Source: Podarcis liolepis
Taxonomy: Eukaryota
Length of the DNA: 64,000 nt
Strand: one strand, 5' to 3'
Assembly: GCA_965112155.1 (NCBI GenBank)
Contig: OZ218100.1
A program made the position numbers and the translations under genes. Within the stretch, counting starts at the first letter, position 1; the number at the start of each line of letters is the position of its first letter. The notes under the pieces are model-generated. The model had not been told where the DNA came from and ran no database searches. It worked only from the letters and a program-made list of their open reading frames with translations. Below are positions 1 through 64,000 of the stretch, in pieces.

Positions 1-549
1 GCGCCTGGTTCTATTCAGGTCATAAAAAACAACTATAACTGAATTTTGCAGATGCCAATATAATTAAATATTAAATTAAGAAACATTTAAACCCACTTGG
101 GCATCTCATGATTATTATATTGCAATTAAGCCTGCCTTCCCAATTATTCCAGCACTAGTTTACAAGAATAAGCAGTCATATGTGTTCCGTTAGGCCAAGT
201 TAGAAGACGCAGCAGCAATTCTAATCTTACAGTTTTCATTTATGGGAAGATCATTTCCAGCCTTGCCTACTAATAGCAAGGACTTGAAGTTTCAGCAAGT
301 AGCTGTAGAATCTATACCTAAATATAGCAAATGCAGCTAACCTGAAGGCTCAACAAATCCAATATCTCCTACTGGACCATTTCATCCTTGCAAGGGCACA
401 TAAAGAGATATTCGTAGAAAGGATCATAGAAACTTCTGCACCTATTTGTCTGATCTTTAGCCATCTTCAACTGCTCAGAAATGACAAGTACCCCAGCCAA
501 TGCCACCCAGTTTGGTCAAAAGGTTATAGCCATTTGTTCATTTGCCTGT

Positions 550-987
550 TGTCAGGGGATGGGGGAGGGACGCAGAGAGAGCCTCCGGTGATTCTGAGAA
601 GCAGCTCCTCGTCCAGCGGTGGAGAAAGCCACACCTCCAGTGGAGCTGAGGGGGAGGTGGGTAGCTGGGTGAAGGGAGGGTTTGAAGATGCGAAGGAGAG
701 CCCAAGCGCCTCACCTAGCCCAGCTAGCCAGGAGGCACCCATGCTACTTCCGTCGCCCTGCTTGCGCAGAGGGGTGAAACATAAGGAGGGGAGGTGGAGA
801 TTTGGGGTGTCTAAGTTCTGATGCTGGGAGAGAAACCAGAAAGGGGCACTCCCAGAATCTGCAAGTGACTGGGACAGACATGAACTTTGGGGTTCTGCAC
901 TGTAAATAGTTTGCACCAATAAAACCTTTAAAAGACAGGTCGGAGTCCTGCCTGGTTACTCACGAGCAACCACCTCCACACCTGACA
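550..987 (+). mobile_element. Solo LTR (Gypsy/ERV-type retrotransposon)
   Basis: Inverted termini TGTCAGG...CCTGACA; perfect 5-bp TSD CCTGT (545-549, 988-992); AATAAA at 918-923. Confidence 0.8.
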
Positions 988-1209
988 CCTGTGTAAGTCA
1001 ATAAGGAGATATAAAAGACTGTGGATTTTCCAAAGTGAGGTTCCGATTCGGATCCAGGGAGAAGCAGGTGATTCCTGAAAGCAGTCCAAGTTGAACTGGC
1101 CCACTTTCTGAACCACCCAAGAGTGTCGTGAACCAAATCTTACCTTTGCGGCACTCCCCCTGATAAATATTGTAAAGCAAAAAGCAAAATAAATGAATAG
1201 TGTAAATAC

Positions 1210-63180
<61,971 letters not shown>

Positions 63181-64000
63181 CTGGTTTAAAAAACACACAA
63201 AAAAACCCTTGTTTAGGACATTTTCGTATAACAGCTTGTAAATGAGCTATTTATAGGGCAAACTAGGCATTAGTGGCTATGTTTTTTAACTCATCTGGGT
63301 AAAACAAGGGGAAGCCACTACAAAAATATGTGAGCCCCACCCAGTCTCTGATGTGCTACGGTGACCCATGACAGAAAATCATCACCACTCAGCAGACCAT
63401 CACATGGAGGTATTTCAGGATCTGGCTGAGAGTGACTGCTCATGACTAACAGGCCAACACTACAGGACTGGTCTGGGTACAAGTATAGCTATTTTCTCCC
63501 TGCCCCCCCCCAACTGGGATTACCATCATATAAGGGAGAGAGCAGAGATGCAGCCATTGGCTTCCCATGTGGCTCGTGTCACTGTTCCTGCAGCCCTCTG
63601 TGTGTCAGGGACGGAAAGTCAACAATGGTACCCACAAGGAGGTTGTATTTATTTATATTTATTAAATTTAGATACCCCCCCCCCCTCATCACAAGATCTC
63701 AGGGCAGATCACAGAATAAAATACAAGGTAAGAACACAAGTAAATAATTAAACAATAACAACAAAGCAATACCCCCCCCTTTCCCAAAGATACATTTAAA
63801 AGGTATTAATCAGCCAAAGGCCTGGTTGAAGAGGAATGCTTTCAGCTGTTGCCTAAAATATATATAATGAAGGTTCCAGGAGAACCTCCCTGGGGAGAAC
63901 CTTCCACAAATGAGGAGCCACTACAGAAAAGGCCCTTTCTTGTGTTGCCACCCTCCAGATCCCACATGGAGAGGAACACAAAGAAGGGTCTCAGATGATG

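Noticed and set aside
1144-1159. 16-nt micro-exon (cag|GGGGAGTGCCGCAAAG|gtaaga)
   Set aside because: It would need a 50-nt intron, below the usual vertebrate minimum, and would shift the frame. An alternative donor explains the site better.

Overview
Vertebrate genomic DNA, most likely a lacertid lizard (inferred from its Sauria/Squam-type SINEs, L1, L2, CR1 and hAT/pogo MITE content). The whole window lies inside one minus-strand gene, PCNX2 (pecanex 2). I traced 16 consecutive, phase-compatible coding exons by hand (63180 down to 1210, about 2597 nt or 865 codons), covering late transmembrane segments and the Pecanex C-terminal domain. The start and stop codons lie outside the window. Three of the 15 fully contained introns are non-canonical: two GC-AG introns and one minor-spliceosome (U12) intron with rare AT-AG ends. 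The introns contain: (1) a young 5'-truncated L1 with an uninterrupted ORF2, nested in a Sauria SINE; (2) a hAT element with perfect 8-bp TSDs that appears to carry a captured CpG-rich 5'UTR/first-exon fragment of another gene; (3) a pogo/Tc2-like MITE with an 8.3 x 99-bp double-hairpin array; (4) a solo LTR, a DIRS-like RT relic and many other repeats. Family and gene assignments come from recalled motifs, not from database searches.
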